Of a stretch of 64,000 bases of DNA, positions 22,593 to 35,000 are shown in pieces. Each line of letters opens with the position of its first letter. The first letter of the stretch is position 1. The position numbers and the translations under genes were made by a program. The notes beneath the pieces were generated by a model. The model worked only from the letters and a program-made list of their open reading frames with translations, searched no databases and was not told the DNA's origin. Origin of the DNA: Eledone cirrhosa (Eukaryota); assembly GCA_964016885.1 (NCBI GenBank), contig OZ024742.1, forward strand, positions 210,304,001 to 210,368,000, in the 5' to 3' direction.

Positions 22593-25500
22593 CTAACAGC
22601 GCTGCGATCGAATGTGGCTTTTTAGCCCAGCCAATGATCGAAAATGTCTTGCACAGAGTCGGCAACCAAAACATTCACTGAGAATAGCCGGCTGTGGTTG
22701 GAGTTCATGTACTTTTGCATGTCGCTTGAGCCCTCCTGCTGATTTATATTCTCTACCACATGCTTGGCAAGCATGATGAGTAGCATCTCCAACAGCAGCC
22801 TGGTAGTCAACCACTGGTCTTACTTTATGACTGCGAAAATGACTTTCGAGTCCAGGCTTTGCTTAGGCAGAGTCTCGCACAGACGCTGCATGTCAGCACC
22901 CTCTCCGTCTGGAAGTGCAACAGCAATGCCCTTCCTCACATCCCGCTTTACTTTCTCGTATGCGATTCGAGATGCCTCAAAGGCAACTTTTCCCTCATAT
23001 ACAGTCTTTCTCCATTTATTACGATCAGCAGCAATATTTTCCCATGTATCAGCAGAGATGTTAGCGTCTTTCAAAGAGGCTTTCAAGGAATCCTTATACC
23101 TCTTTTTTGGTTTATGTGGCAGTCGTTTTCCTTTAACTAACTCTCCACAAAAGAGTTGTTTTGGTATTCTATTCATCCTGGCAAGGTGACCACTCCAACG
23201 GAGTCGTTGCTTAAGTACAAGAGCTTCTATACTGTCACACATAGAGCTTTCCAAAATCTCGACATCACTGATGTGGTCCCTCCAGTGAACGCCATGGATC
23301 CGTCTGAGACACATCTGATGGAAACACTCCAATTGCTTAAGGTGGTGTCGATATGTGACCCAGGTCTCGCAGGCATAAAGAAGAGAAGAGAGCACACATG
23401 CCTTGTACACCTTTACCTTTGTCTTCTTGCATATGTCTCGCCGACCCCAGAGTCGCCTTTCTAGCTTTCCGAAAGCATCACTTGCTTTCCTAATCCTAAG
23501 TGAAATTTCACTATCAAGGTTGCTATATCGATTGACAGTGCTTCCCAGGTAGACAAACTGATCAACCACTCCAAGTCGTTTACCATACACATAGATATTT
23601 GGTTCACTGTACTGCTCACCAAGGGCAGGTTGGTACATGACGATGGTTTTCTTGAGACTGACAGTCAATCCTAGGGCAGTGCAAGCGTCAGAAAATGCAT
23701 TCAAAATGTGCTGCATATCACTCTCTGTGCGCTACAAGATCGCAATCATCTGCATACAAGAGGTCTCTTATGATTGATGTAAATACTTTTGTCTTTGCAG
23801 CAAAGCGCCTGATGTTAAATATGCTGCCTGAGGTTCGATATCGGATGTAAACACCATGCACGCAATTCCTGAATGCAATACAGAAAACCATTGCAAAGTA
23901 TATGGCAAACATGGTCGGTGCTGGAATATCCCACTGGTTCACTCTGTTTTTTACTGAGATAGGCTCCGACATGTTACCTCCTACATTAACCCAAGCCTTC
24001 ATGTCGTCATGGAAAGACCTAACTAAAGCAAAGAACTTATCAGGGCAACCAAGTTTCTGGAGAACCTTCCATAATGCATTTCTGTTAACAGTATCGAAAG
24101 CTTTTGTCAGATCGACAAAAACCTGATACAGATCCAAACCTTGTCCCATGCACTTCTCCTGGAGCTGTCTAGCTGAGAAGATCATATCAGTTTTGCCGCG
24201 TCCAGCACGAAAACCAGATTGACTTTCAGGAAGAACACAATCTGCAATGTGTGTCAGCAGACGCTCCAGAAGCACTCTACATAAAACTTTCCCTATGACA
24301 AGCAATGATATACTTCTGTAGTTCCCACAATCATTCCTGTTACCCTTTCCCTTGTACAAGACCACCATTACTGCATCTCTCCAGTCCTCAGGTACGAATT
24401 CATTAGCCCATATCCTACCAAACAAAGAGTGAAGATGTTGCAGAAGTCTCTCACCACCATATTGTAGGAACTCAGCATGTATGCCATCCATACCTGGAGA
24501 CCTTCCACTGTTCAGCTTCGAGATAGCCACTTCAACCTCCACAAGCGTCGGAGGTTCTGCGAGAGCTACTTTCACAGGACTTTCTGGAATGAGATTGAGG
24601 AAATCTTCATTGACGACAGACGGCTGATTCAAAAGATCATCAAAGTGCTCTCGCCACCTTCGTAGAATTCCTTGTGGGTCACGAAGAAGTTCTTTGCCAT
24701 CCTTGCTGCGAATCAGTGTCACCAGAGAAGAAGACGGTCCATAAACTTCACGCAAGAGACTTTACAACAGCTTTGTGTTATTGGAATCTGACGTAGTTTA
24801 TATCTCATCAGTCTTCTCACTCCACCACTGATCCTTCATCTGAGAAAGACTCCGCCTAACACGTGATTTCACATCCTTGAGTTCCTTATGCAACGTATTC
24901 CTCTCCTGTGGTTTTGCCGTCAAGTAGCGTGACAGAGCACACCTCTTATCAGCCAACAAGTCTTCTATATGTACATCATTCTCATTAAACCAGTCCTGAT
25001 GTTTTCTCTGCACCAATCCCAGAACACGCCTGCCTACATCATAAACCGACTTTTTAAGGGTAGGCCAATCCTCACCAAGATCTGCAACCTGCATCTCTTC
25101 TTGCAATGTCCTCTTCACATTTTTATCCTTAAGACGAGCATTATTCAATCTTCTGGGCAGGGCAACACCAGGAGCCCGGATTTTACGTTTAGTGATTAGT
25201 TTCACTTTTGCGCGTACCAGGCGGTGGTCCGTCCAGCACTCAGCTACACGAAGAGCACGAACACACTGCACATCCTGTCTATCACGCATCCTGACTAGGA
25301 CGTAGTCCAAAAGATGCCATTCCTTAGATGCAGGATGCATCCAAGTGGTCTTAAATTTGTTCTTTTGTTGGAACATGGTGTTGGTAACACACAGATCCAG
25401 CTCCTCACACATCTGCAGCAGGAGCATACCATTGCTGTTACACTCTCCCACCTCATGGCTTCCGATTACATTCCATGTGTTAAAATCCCTACCCACTCTA

Positions 25501-25990
25501 GCATTAAAGTCACCAAGCACGATGACTTTGTCTGCCTGAGGGATATTTCTTAAAACACCTTTCAAGGCATGGTAAAAGGATACTTTTTCTTCATCGACAG
25601 AATTCATAGTTGGAGCATACACACTCACCAGGGTCGCATATCTTCCTTTGTCCAGCGGAATTCTCATGGACATAAGACATATTCTTCTAATTTATTCTTC
25701 TAATTTATTCACAAGAACAGTCTTAACAGCAAATGCTACCCCAGCCTCTCTTCTGGTTCCTTCATCTCTTCCTTTCCAGAAGAATGTATATTCTCCACAA
25801 AATTCTGTAAGATGACCATCTCCAGCTAACCTCGTCTCAGATAAAGCCATGATGTCAACTTCGTAACGTTGAAGCTCCTTTGCAACAAGAGCGGTCCTTC
25901 GTTCAGGACGCTCCAAGGAATCCCTGTCAAGCAGCGTCCGTACGTTCCAGCAGCCAAGACTAAATGCCTTGTTTGGCTCTATTACAATGG
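22593..25990 (-). mobile_element. RTE-BovB-like LINE, near-complete ORF disabled by stops and frameshifts
   Basis: APE (WNVRTLL, ALSETR, LGDFNARVG, LLDYVLV, TDHRLV), RT (QSGFRAGR, VDLTKAFDTV, LLYADDC) and two C-terminal C2H2-like fingers, split over ORFs 25692-25916, 24798-25673, 23718-24755, 22820-23716 and 22593-22814. Confidence 0.92.
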
Positions 25991-26989
25991 CACGATTACG
26001 AGCGGGCCCAGGCTGTGATAACCTGGGCCCCCTGCCCTTATTGCCAATTATCTTTTTTTATTCCAGAACCTTTATTGCCAATTATCTCTTTTATATTGTT
26101 TTGGAACATCATTGAATTGGGGAAAAAAAAAAAAAAAAGTAATAATAATAGTAACAATAATAATAATAATAATAATATCGCTCAAACATTCAATTTTGTA
26201 TTATATATTTTGTATTCAAAAAAAGAAAATGGTTATAAATGGGAAAAAAACACCCTCTGTCTACACTATATAGAACAGCCAAATAACAGCAATTTCACCA
26301 ACACCAGAAACTTGATACACCACCTATCCCATCACACTCAATATAACAGCCAGATAACGGCAATTTCACCAGCATCGTAATAATAATTACTATTATTGTT
26401 GTCTCAAATTTTAAAAAATGTTTAATTCCAATTTTACGGGAATATGTCAACACAAAATATAATAAAAATATATATTAAACATACGAACACAAATTCATAG
26501 ATACTACATATCAGTAACCACAACGCCACCGCTGCCACCACCCCATCCCATCCATCATTGCTACCACTATCCCATCGTCGCCGCCACCACTCCTTCAATG
26601 CTACCACCACTATTCCCCTGTTAACTTGAGAGAGAAAGGGGAAGGTGGCGGTATCACTAGACAAGGGAGAGGCTAGCAAAAGATATAAATAGATTGACTT
26701 AGTGACCTGGCCACCGGCCAAACGTCAACATCAACAACTATGAGACTGCTGGCTCACCCCTTCCTCACCAACAATATAAAAAGCCCCGGCACCACCACCG
26801 ACATAGCCAACAACAATAACAGCCAACTACAACAAAAAGTATATTATATTATTGTAGTGCACTGGGTGATTGCTGGCCTTGTGCCTGGAGTGGAGACAAT
26901 TATTAATAATTTCATTCTTAAGCCACGCAATGCTCACATTAAGGAACCACTCATGATAATAACAATTTAAAAAAACAACAAAAAGAAAA

Positions 26990-29900
26990 CCCTGTGACCA
27001 AGAAATACCGGGATGGCAGCCGGCGGGGAATAGCCGTGTCTCTAGGGGAGAACGACCCCTCTAGTCTTGGTTGACACTCGTTCTAGAAGTGGTAACACGA
27101 AATGATTACCCCTTGGCGGATAAGGATAAAACGCGACAAAATAAAGTAAATGTCTAATGATAAAATCTCATACCGGACGGCCGTCACCCGGGTAAAAAAG
27201 GGCCGCGTCTCTCAGAGAAGAACCAGACTGGGGTCGAAAAATCAGCTAATGGTTCAAACCTTCCCATCACTTCGGAGCTGGAGACCTCCCATAACCGGAA
27301 TACTCCTACTGTTGGCCCTCCATGCTCACCACCAAGAAATCCAAAGAGAAAGAGAGAAAAATGGTCAAGGGAAGATAATAAAGAAGTCCTTGAGGCTTTC
27401 TACACTGCCATGTACTACCCATCAAATACATCGAATACAGAACAGACATATATCAACTGGAAAAAGAAACATCCCGAAAACAGAGGCTATATTGACAGTA
27501 ACAAACTAGCCAATATACGAAGAAATATTGTAAGAAAAAAGTTACTAACTGATATAGAAATTGATCAGATCAAGCTATTAGCACAAAGTCAGCGAAGGGA
27601 AAATGAAACATGTGTCAGTGAAAACGAGGTAAACTGTAACACTTCGAACCCCAGGGTTGGGGCGGAATCACTGGCAACAGAACAAATTAAAGAAAGGATC
27701 GAAAAAGTGGAGTGAGTGCATGCTCAGGATGAAACTCCAAATGAAAATAATGAGATCGTAAATGATAAAGAAATGAATGAGAATGAACTTGCCAACTTGA
27801 AGGATGAAATTATGATCGAATGGATGAAAATGAAAGAATCTGACATGGGGCAACGAGACACCCTCCCTAAGATCCAGAACTCCAAACAGAACCAAAAGAT
27901 AATACACAAGACTAACATAATTCTCAAAAACATTATCATCACAAACAAACTAAACATTACTGATTTAAATCATCTCTATTATGCATCGGCTAAAGTCACC
28001 ACTCACTTATGTGGAGTGAAGATGAAAAAACAAAGGAATTCCTACAAGAAATCTACTTGGCAAGAGAACATCAATCGCCAAATAAACCTTCTCCGATCTG
28101 ACATAGAAATTTTAACAAACTATAAAGTAGGTGAACATGTTAAACAAACTAAACTTAGAAAATTGAAAAAAAAGTACAGTATAAAATCAACATGTGACAT
28201 AGACATGCTGATAGAAATAATCAAGCAAAAAGTGTCGGCCAAAGCTGCTCGTATAAGGCGCTTTGAAAAACGATCTAGATTCTATAAGGACAATAATATG
28301 TTCAAAAACAACCAAAGAAACTTCTACAGAAAAATTGGTAAGTCAACAATAACTGCTAAATCAATACCACCCAAGGAGGAAGTGCAAGAATTCTGGGAAA
28401 AGATCTGGGCCGAAGAAAAAGTTCATAACATACATGCCCCATGGATAGACAGACAAATGAAAGATACAGCTCACCTTGAGGAACAAACATGGGAAAATAT
28501 AACAGTTGAACAGTTGCGCTTGGCTCTAAGAAAAACCAGCAAATGGAAATCCCCAGGAAAAGACAAAATACAAAACTTTTGGATAAATGCCTTCACAGAG
28601 TCTCATGAGCTGTTAGCCCAACTTTACAATGAAATAGTTAAGGAGCCAGAAAAGATACCTTCATGGCTAGTTAACGGCATTACATTCCTGCTTCCGAAGA
28701 ATGATGAGACAAACAATCCCAAAAATTACAGACCGATAACTTGCTTGACCACAATGTATAAAATTTTAACATCAGTCCTAACTGAATACACATATGACCA
28801 CCTGATAACAAATGACCTATTTCCCATTGAGCAGAAAGGGTGTAAACGAGGCTCATATGGCTGTAAGGATCAGCTTCTGGTTAACAAAATGATACTGGAA
28901 GATTGTCATAATAGACACAAAAATCTATCGATTGCTTGGATAGATTATAAAAAAGCATTCGATAGTTTGCCACACAGTTGGATTGAAAAATGTTTAGAGA
29001 TTTTCAGAATATCCCCCGTTGTCAGGAGTTTTTTGTCATTCAGTATGAAGACATGGAAAACGACACTCCTTTTGAATAGTGAAACAAAATCACTGGAAGC
29101 TGGAGAAGTTAATATTAATTGTGGAATTTTTCAGGGTGACTCTTTATCACCGCTTTTATTCTGCATCGCACTTATACCATTAAGTAAAATGCTCAATGAA
29201 ACAAAACATGGATATAAAGTCTATGACAAAACCATTAATCACCTGTTCTACATGGATGACCTGAAACTATTTGCAAAAAATGATGAACAATTGCAAGGGC
29301 TATTATCCACTGTGAAGCAGTTCAGTGATGACATTAAAATGGAGTTTGGACTAGATAAATGCGCCAAAGCAACGTTCACCAGAGGAAAGCTGCTGAAGAG
29401 TTCAGACATTAATCTTGATCGGGGGAACGTGATAAGAGAACTTGATCAAGAAAAAACTTACAAATATCTAGGTGTTTGTGAAGGAGACGGAATCAAGCAC
29501 TCGACAATGAGGGAAAGGATAAGGAAGGAATGTTACCGCAGAGTAAGAGCAATCTTAAGAACGGAATTGAATGCAAGGAATAGGATCGATGCCATAAACA
29601 CGCTTGCCATACCAGTAGTAACCTACAGTTACAATGTCATCAACTGGTCAAGCACAGAGATCCGTAGGCTCGATACAAAAATTCGAAAATTCTTAACCAT
29701 GCACAGAATGCATCACCCTAAGGCAGATATAGATAGAATATATCTCCCTAGGAAAGAAGGAGGACGTGGATTAATCCAGTTAGACATTGCGTTGAAAACT
29801 GCAACAATTGGATTATCTACATATCTAAGGGAATCACATGATTGGATGATCAAACTCGTTTTGAAACACGAAAGCATCAAAAGATCATATTCCATTACAA

Positions 29901-30942
29901 AAGATGCACAAAGATACAGTAATGGACTACAAATTTCAGAAGTCCCATTTACTGCTGAAATGGAAAACACAGAAAAAGCAAAGCAGGTAAAAGTAACTGC
30001 AAAGAAAGAACTGCTACAGAAACTGGCTAAGAAATGGCAAGAAAAGCCTCTGTATGGAAAATACCCAGAGCGAGCTAACAATCCTGATGTTGACAAAACT
30101 TTAATCCATCAGTGGTTGGCATCCTCTGGACTGAAATCGGAGACTGAAGGACTGATTATATCGGCACAAGATCAGTGTCTGCCAACAAAAAATTACCAAG
30201 CCAACATAATAAAAAATGGGTGCAGCCCATTATGCCGTGTATGCAAAAAACAACCAGAGACCATTGACCATATAATTTCAATGTGCAGTCCTATAGCTCC
30301 AACCGAATACCTAAACAGGCATGACAGAGCTGCACAATACATACATTGGATAATGTGTAAGCATTTTGACCTGCCCCATCAAAAGAATTGGTGGGAGCAT
30401 CAACCACCTCCCATACTTGAAAAAGATCACATCTCAATCTTGTGGAACTTTAGCATCCAAACAGACCGAAAAATAGATGCAAATAGACCTGATATAATAT
30501 TGAAGAACTTTCAAAAGAGGGTATGCCTGCTAATTGATATGTCTGTTCCAATAGACAAGAATGTATCTATAAAAACATTTGAAAAATTGAGCAAGTATAA
30601 GGACCTGGAGATAGAAATTGGAAAAATGTGGAAATTGAGAACTAAAACAATACCAGTGGTTGTAGGCGCTCTGGGAATGATACCTAAGGGGTCTAATGAC
30701 TACTTATCACAAATCCCAGGAAACCCGCGTATAGGAGAAATACAAAAGATAGTACTAATGGGAACTGCCCATATACTAAGAAAGATTCTGTCAATATAAG
30801 TACATCACAAGTCTAAACACTAAAGATGCATGTGTGAATATGTATGTTCTTTCTTGAACATGGCGGACCTTGTTGTCTCTTGAGGTCACTGGTTGTGACT
30901 TGGTGATAACTCGTATGAACATAAAGCAAGATAAATGCAACT

Positions 30943-30980
<38 letters not shown>
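26990..30980 (+). mobile_element. R4/Dong-clade RLE non-LTR retrotransposon, apparently full length, ending in (TAA)12
   Basis: Structured 5'UTR, Myb-like N-terminal domain (KWSREDNKEV), RT, CCHC and RLE, short 3'UTR, then TAA repeats at 30944-30979. Dong elements are known to target (TAA)n. Confidence 0.9.
27716..30799 (+). CDS. Reverse transcriptase / CCHC / restriction-like endonuclease protein of the Dong-like element; the same frame continues upstream across a TGA at 27713
   Basis: 1027 open codons with NYRPITCL, WIDYKKAFDS, GIFQGDSLSPLLF, FYMDDLKLF, CRVC..ETIDHIISMC, RHD, RPDII..LIDMSVP, KY.DL. Confidence 0.92.
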   Translation: MHAQDETPNENNEIVNDKEMNENELANLKDEIMIEWMKMKESDMGQRDTLPKIQNSKQNQKIIHKTNIILKNIIITNKLNITDLNHLYYASAKVTTHLCGVKMKKQRNSYKKSTWQENINRQINLLRSDIEILTNYKVGEHVKQTKLRKLKKKYSIKSTCDIDMLIEIIKQKVSAKAARIRRFEKRSRFYKDNNMFKNNQRNFYRKIGKSTITAKSIPPKEEVQEFWEKIWAEEKVHNIHAPWIDRQMKDTAHLEEQTWENITVEQLRLALRKTSKWKSPGKDKIQNFWINAFTESHELLAQLYNEIVKEPEKIPSWLVNGITFLLPKNDETNNPKNYRPITCLTTMYKILTSVLTEYTYDHLITNDLFPIEQKGCKRGSYGCKDQLLVNKMILEDCHNRHKNLSIAWIDYKKAFDSLPHSWIEKCLEIFRISPVVRSFLSFSMKTWKTTLLLNSETKSLEAGEVNINCGIFQGDSLSPLLFCIALIPLSKMLNETKHGYKVYDKTINHLFYMDDLKLFAKNDEQLQGLLSTVKQFSDDIKMEFGLDKCAKATFTRGKLLKSSDINLDRGNVIRELDQEKTYKYLGVCEGDGIKHSTMRERIRKECYRRVRAILRTELNARNRIDAINTLAIPVVTYSYNVINWSSTEIRRLDTKIRKFLTMHRMHHPKADIDRIYLPRKEGGRGLIQLDIALKTATIGLSTYLRESHDWMIKLVLKHESIKRSYSITKDAQRYSNGLQISEVPFTAEMENTEKAKQVKVTAKKELLQKLAKKWQEKPLYGKYPERANNPDVDKTLIHQWLASSGLKSETEGLIISAQDQCLPTKNYQANIIKNGCSPLCRVCKKQPETIDHIISMCSPIAPTEYLNRHDRAAQYIHWIMCKHFDLPHQKNWWEHQPPPILEKDHISILWNFSIQTDRKIDANRPDIILKNFQKRVCLLIDMSVPIDKNVSIKTFEKLSKYKDLEIEIGKMWKLRTKTIPVVVGALGMIPKGSNDYLSQIPGNPRIGEIQKIVLMGTAHILRKILSI

Positions 30981-30981
<1 letters not shown>

Positions 30982-31740
30982 CTTTCTTTATTAACCACAA
31001 GGGTTTACATAAAGTAGACATTAAGGACAGTACAGGATAACACAGGACGGTACAAATGGGAATTTCTGCGTGTAAAAAACAAAAACAGAGGATGTAACAA
31101 AAAAATAACAATGAAAAATTCCCCCAATACGGGGGAGACTTCCGAGGGACATTCGTGGAGAAAACCCATTAAAAAGCCACAGTGACCCTGACCACCAGGG
31201 CAAGTGCCCTCTCCCAGTTTTCCACCTTTAATTTACAGACACATACTCAGAGTAGGCCCATTCACTCGGGCCATACTTGTTTTTCTCACCCATCTTTCAA
31301 CAAGATGCTGGGAAGAGAGCACTTCCCTCTCTATCCTGATTTTCCTTTTCAAATGAAATTTGAAAAAGTTAATCAGGGCATCACCGAAGAGCTAAGTGCT
31401 CGTCTTCAGCCCTTTCAAACGTGTCCACCATACTATCTCTTTCGCCATGGCCACCAGACAGATAGAAACTGCCTGCCCTTCCCGACTAAAGGAAGAGGGC
31501 GGGGCAATCCTCACGATGGACTCAGCTGATAGCTGGATCCGTCCTACACGCGCAGCAGGTGTTCGACATAAACCCACAAGTCAGCAATGCTCGGACACTG
31601 GACGAGTGCGTGCAGGACGGTTTCGTCGCCCTGCGCACATCTCGGACATGCCCGGCTGACGGCACCTCCATGCCTGTAGAGTTTATCCCGAACTGGCAAA
31701 GCTCCTCGGTAGCACTGCTAGGCCAGGGATTTCTGGAAGT
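30981..31740 (-). mobile_element. L1-Tx1 clade LINE 3' fragment with AATAAA and (ATT)n tail
   Basis: zf-RVT motif WQCYRGALPVRDKLYRHG...CPRC...ETVLHALVQC, then AKEIVWWTR; AATAAA just before the tail. Confidence 0.8.
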
Positions 31741-31769
31741 TAATACACTATTAATAATTATTAATTAAT

Positions 31770-32080
31770 GCAATCGTGCAATGCCTGTGCGTGACGAATA
31801 TTTTTAAAGTGAGGAAAGACTGTGCACTGAGCCAATCCCACTCTCTGAGCGACAGTAGCTATAACCCGAAAAGAAAAAAAGATCAACATCATCGGTAACT
31901 ACTGAGCCGCAGGTTTTATGTCGGAGTTAACCCAGTTTCCTGAGATGCCTTCTCCTAGAAGAATGCCCTGACAAGGGCTAGAGGTTCTTCACTCCCAGTG
32001 GTTTAACTGTGCGATCGGGCATCCAGCCCGATTATTTCTGTTTCCGCGAATAAAAAACTTTAAAAAACTCACTTATACGT
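31770..32080 (-). mobile_element. RTE 5'UTR-like segment adjoining (TATG)n
   Basis: Contains CTAGGAGAAGG...AAACCTGCGG and is homologous to 21876-22036. Confidence 0.55.
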
Positions 32081-35000
32081 ACGACATACACACACATACA
32101 TACATACATACATACATACATGTTTATTATGCGCTTTCTTTATTCAGTTCAATTATGTTTGTATGTTTATTTTTTCTAGTACAATCATTATCATAGAGTG
32201 AAAAAAAAACAATTATAATGATAATTGTTTCTACTTTTGGCACAAGGCCAGAAATTATCCCAGTGTATTACTGGTACTTTATTTTATCGACCCCGTAGGG
32301 ATGAAAGGCAAAGTTAACCTCGGCGGGATTTGAACTCAGACCATAAAGGGCCGTAACTCTTTGCTGCAATGATAATTTTTCATGTTATGTGCATGTGTGT
32401 GGATGTGTATGTAGTTCTATATGGGTGAGTGTGTGTATGTATGTAGTTCTATGTGTATGTTTGTAGTATTATGTGTACATCTATCTATCTATCTTACATT
32501 TACGCAACACAACAATATTTTCGTTGAGATATCAGACATTTATCCCAGTTGGTAAATATTTATATTTAAATCATACTTTTCATTCGATTTATTATTTACT
32601 TATTATTGTTTTCTTGTCCCTTTTAATGAAAATATTTCCGTAGATGTCGTAATTAATTAAAAAAATATGGAATTAAATTTGACGTGCTAGAGTTGTAATC
32701 GTTATTTCTTCCTAGTTTTTCAATTATTTTTTTTTTTATTCGTATATATTTTGTCGTGGAAACATTAATTTTCCAGTTTTGTTTGGGATAAAAAAATATT
32801 TCATGGCAGGGATATTTCGTTTGTTGTATTTTTAAATGTTTTTAATTTTCAGTTAAGTTTGTGTTAAGACATAAGATCGATGAACAAATATTATAGAAGA
32901 AACATTTTATATTCGTGGAAGTATTCCAATCTCAAAGACTTTTAGAAAAGCAGAGGCTTTATAATTTTTTAGAATGCAATAGGAAAACCATTCCACTGAA
33001 TCTACTCTGAGACATATTGCTTGGTAACAAATTTATTTTCTAAGGATTTAAAATACAAACTTGTAGGTGTTTTCTTTTAACAAATTCCTCATTTTAATGT
33101 GTATTACACAAGAAAACGAAATAAACATCAACAACTTTATTATATCGCCTGGATAAAAAATAAAAATGAAGAAAACAGCCAATGTAAAAGAACAAAATTA
33201 TTAACAAATAATTCACAAATACTGTAATTAAGAAATAATGAATTGAGTTCAATCCTACATTATTTAACTGGAAGTCAACCATATGATTTGACCTCTCGCT
33301 TACCATTACCGTGACAGGCTCAAATCTATTTAAACTCTTGTCTCTTCCTACCATGTTCAATAAAAATATTTATTTTCACTATTTTTTTTTTTTTACGTTA
33401 AACTATTTTTCAAGGCTCCGTAAAAAATGAAATTGTGTGAAGCTAATTGATAAAATTGCCAGATATAGTAAAGCCATGCTATTTGTCCAAAGACAATTGA
33501 TTAATATAAAGTTATTTAATGTTAGATAACATTAGAATTATTGAGAAATATTAACAGCACAAGCAATAATATATACATAATAACGACAACAATAATAACA
33601 GCAATAATAATAATAAAATGAAAAAGAAATAAAAGAGAAAAAAGAATAGAAAAATAAAAAGAACCGGAAGGGGAGGGGATGGCAAGAACTCTGGTCTCGC
33701 AGAAGAGAGGGGAGGGGTGATTGATTAATTATGTTCTTTGGTGGAAGATCATTGATATATTTAGCAAAAGCAACGCATTGGGGTAGGGCATCACTTTTCT
33801 CACCAACAGGTATCTCATCACCGTGATTTCATTTCTGTGTCGAAAATGTGTCAATTTGTCATGTAGTAAATATCACTGAAGAATGTAAGCAAGATAACTG
33901 TTGCGAAAAAATTAAGATATGGTCTACATTGTTTTTTTTTTTATTTTTTTGTTGTTATTTTTCACCTGAGACCGGCCATTGGTATTCTATGACGAATACA
34001 AAAACTCACATTTTCATTAACGTTATTTTGACTATAATTTGATTGAGTTTTACAATATACCATCGTAATACTTATGTGGTTTTTAAATACTACTTTTCAG
34101 AGAAATTTGAAGCCATGTATGATGACCAAACAGATTTCATCCAGTCTATGTATCATGAAGTATCTTCATCCTCAATCTATAATAATTTTGAGACTCCTCC
34201 CTCAAGTTATGACAGTGTCGTTTCATTCTCAGAAACTGACATTTGTGATGGTTCACTTGTCACACCTTATTTTCCTCACATACAGTCAGATTTAGAACCT
34301 GAAGGAGATGAGACTGATAAGCTGCTTGATAATTTTGGTGAGATTTTATAATATTTATAGTTATACATTTGAGCTTTGTTTCTTCATATGACTTGTACAA
34401 ATCATCGTTCGACCTACTAGAAATAGCAACCAAATCTCCCTCAAATCACACCCCTGCTGTCTTAATTAAGGAAATGACATAATAGATAGTGTAGTACTAG
34501 ATATCTCTCAAAAGATCTGATGGTCACAACTAGAATACCTGTGGTCATGTGTGTCTTTGCAATTCAAGGCTGACCTGCAGCTAAACAGCAACAATAAACT
34601 TGTTTATAATATTCCCCAGATTTAGATAAAGTTTCATAATCAATAGAATATTAAATACAAAAGCTTGAATAAATAAAGAAGTGTGTTGGAGGCTACAACA
34701 GTGCTGATTACGAGAGAAAATAATTTAATATTCTATGTTATATAGCAACCAAATCTCCCTCAAATCACACCCCTGCTGTCTTCATCATCATCATCATCAT
34801 CACCGTCACCGTTTTACGTCCGTTCTTCCACGCTAGCATGGGTTAGACGGACCTAGATATCTTAATTAACGAAATGACATAATAGATAGTGTAATCCTAG
34901 ATATCTCTCAAAAGATCTGATGGTCACAACTAAATACCTGTGATCATGTGCCTTTGCAATTCAAGGCTGACCTGCAGCTAAACAGTAACAATAAACTTGT

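Noticed and set aside
25964-26970. ORFs of 76-138 aa between the BovB and Dong elements
   Set aside because: They consist of low-complexity (AAT)n and (CCA)n sequence and SINE remnants, with no domain or splice support.
27716-30799. Prokaryotic RT system (retron, group II intron, DGR) or telomerase
   Set aside because: The Myb-RT-CCHC-RLE architecture and (TAA)n junction identify an ordinary R4/Dong non-LTR element.
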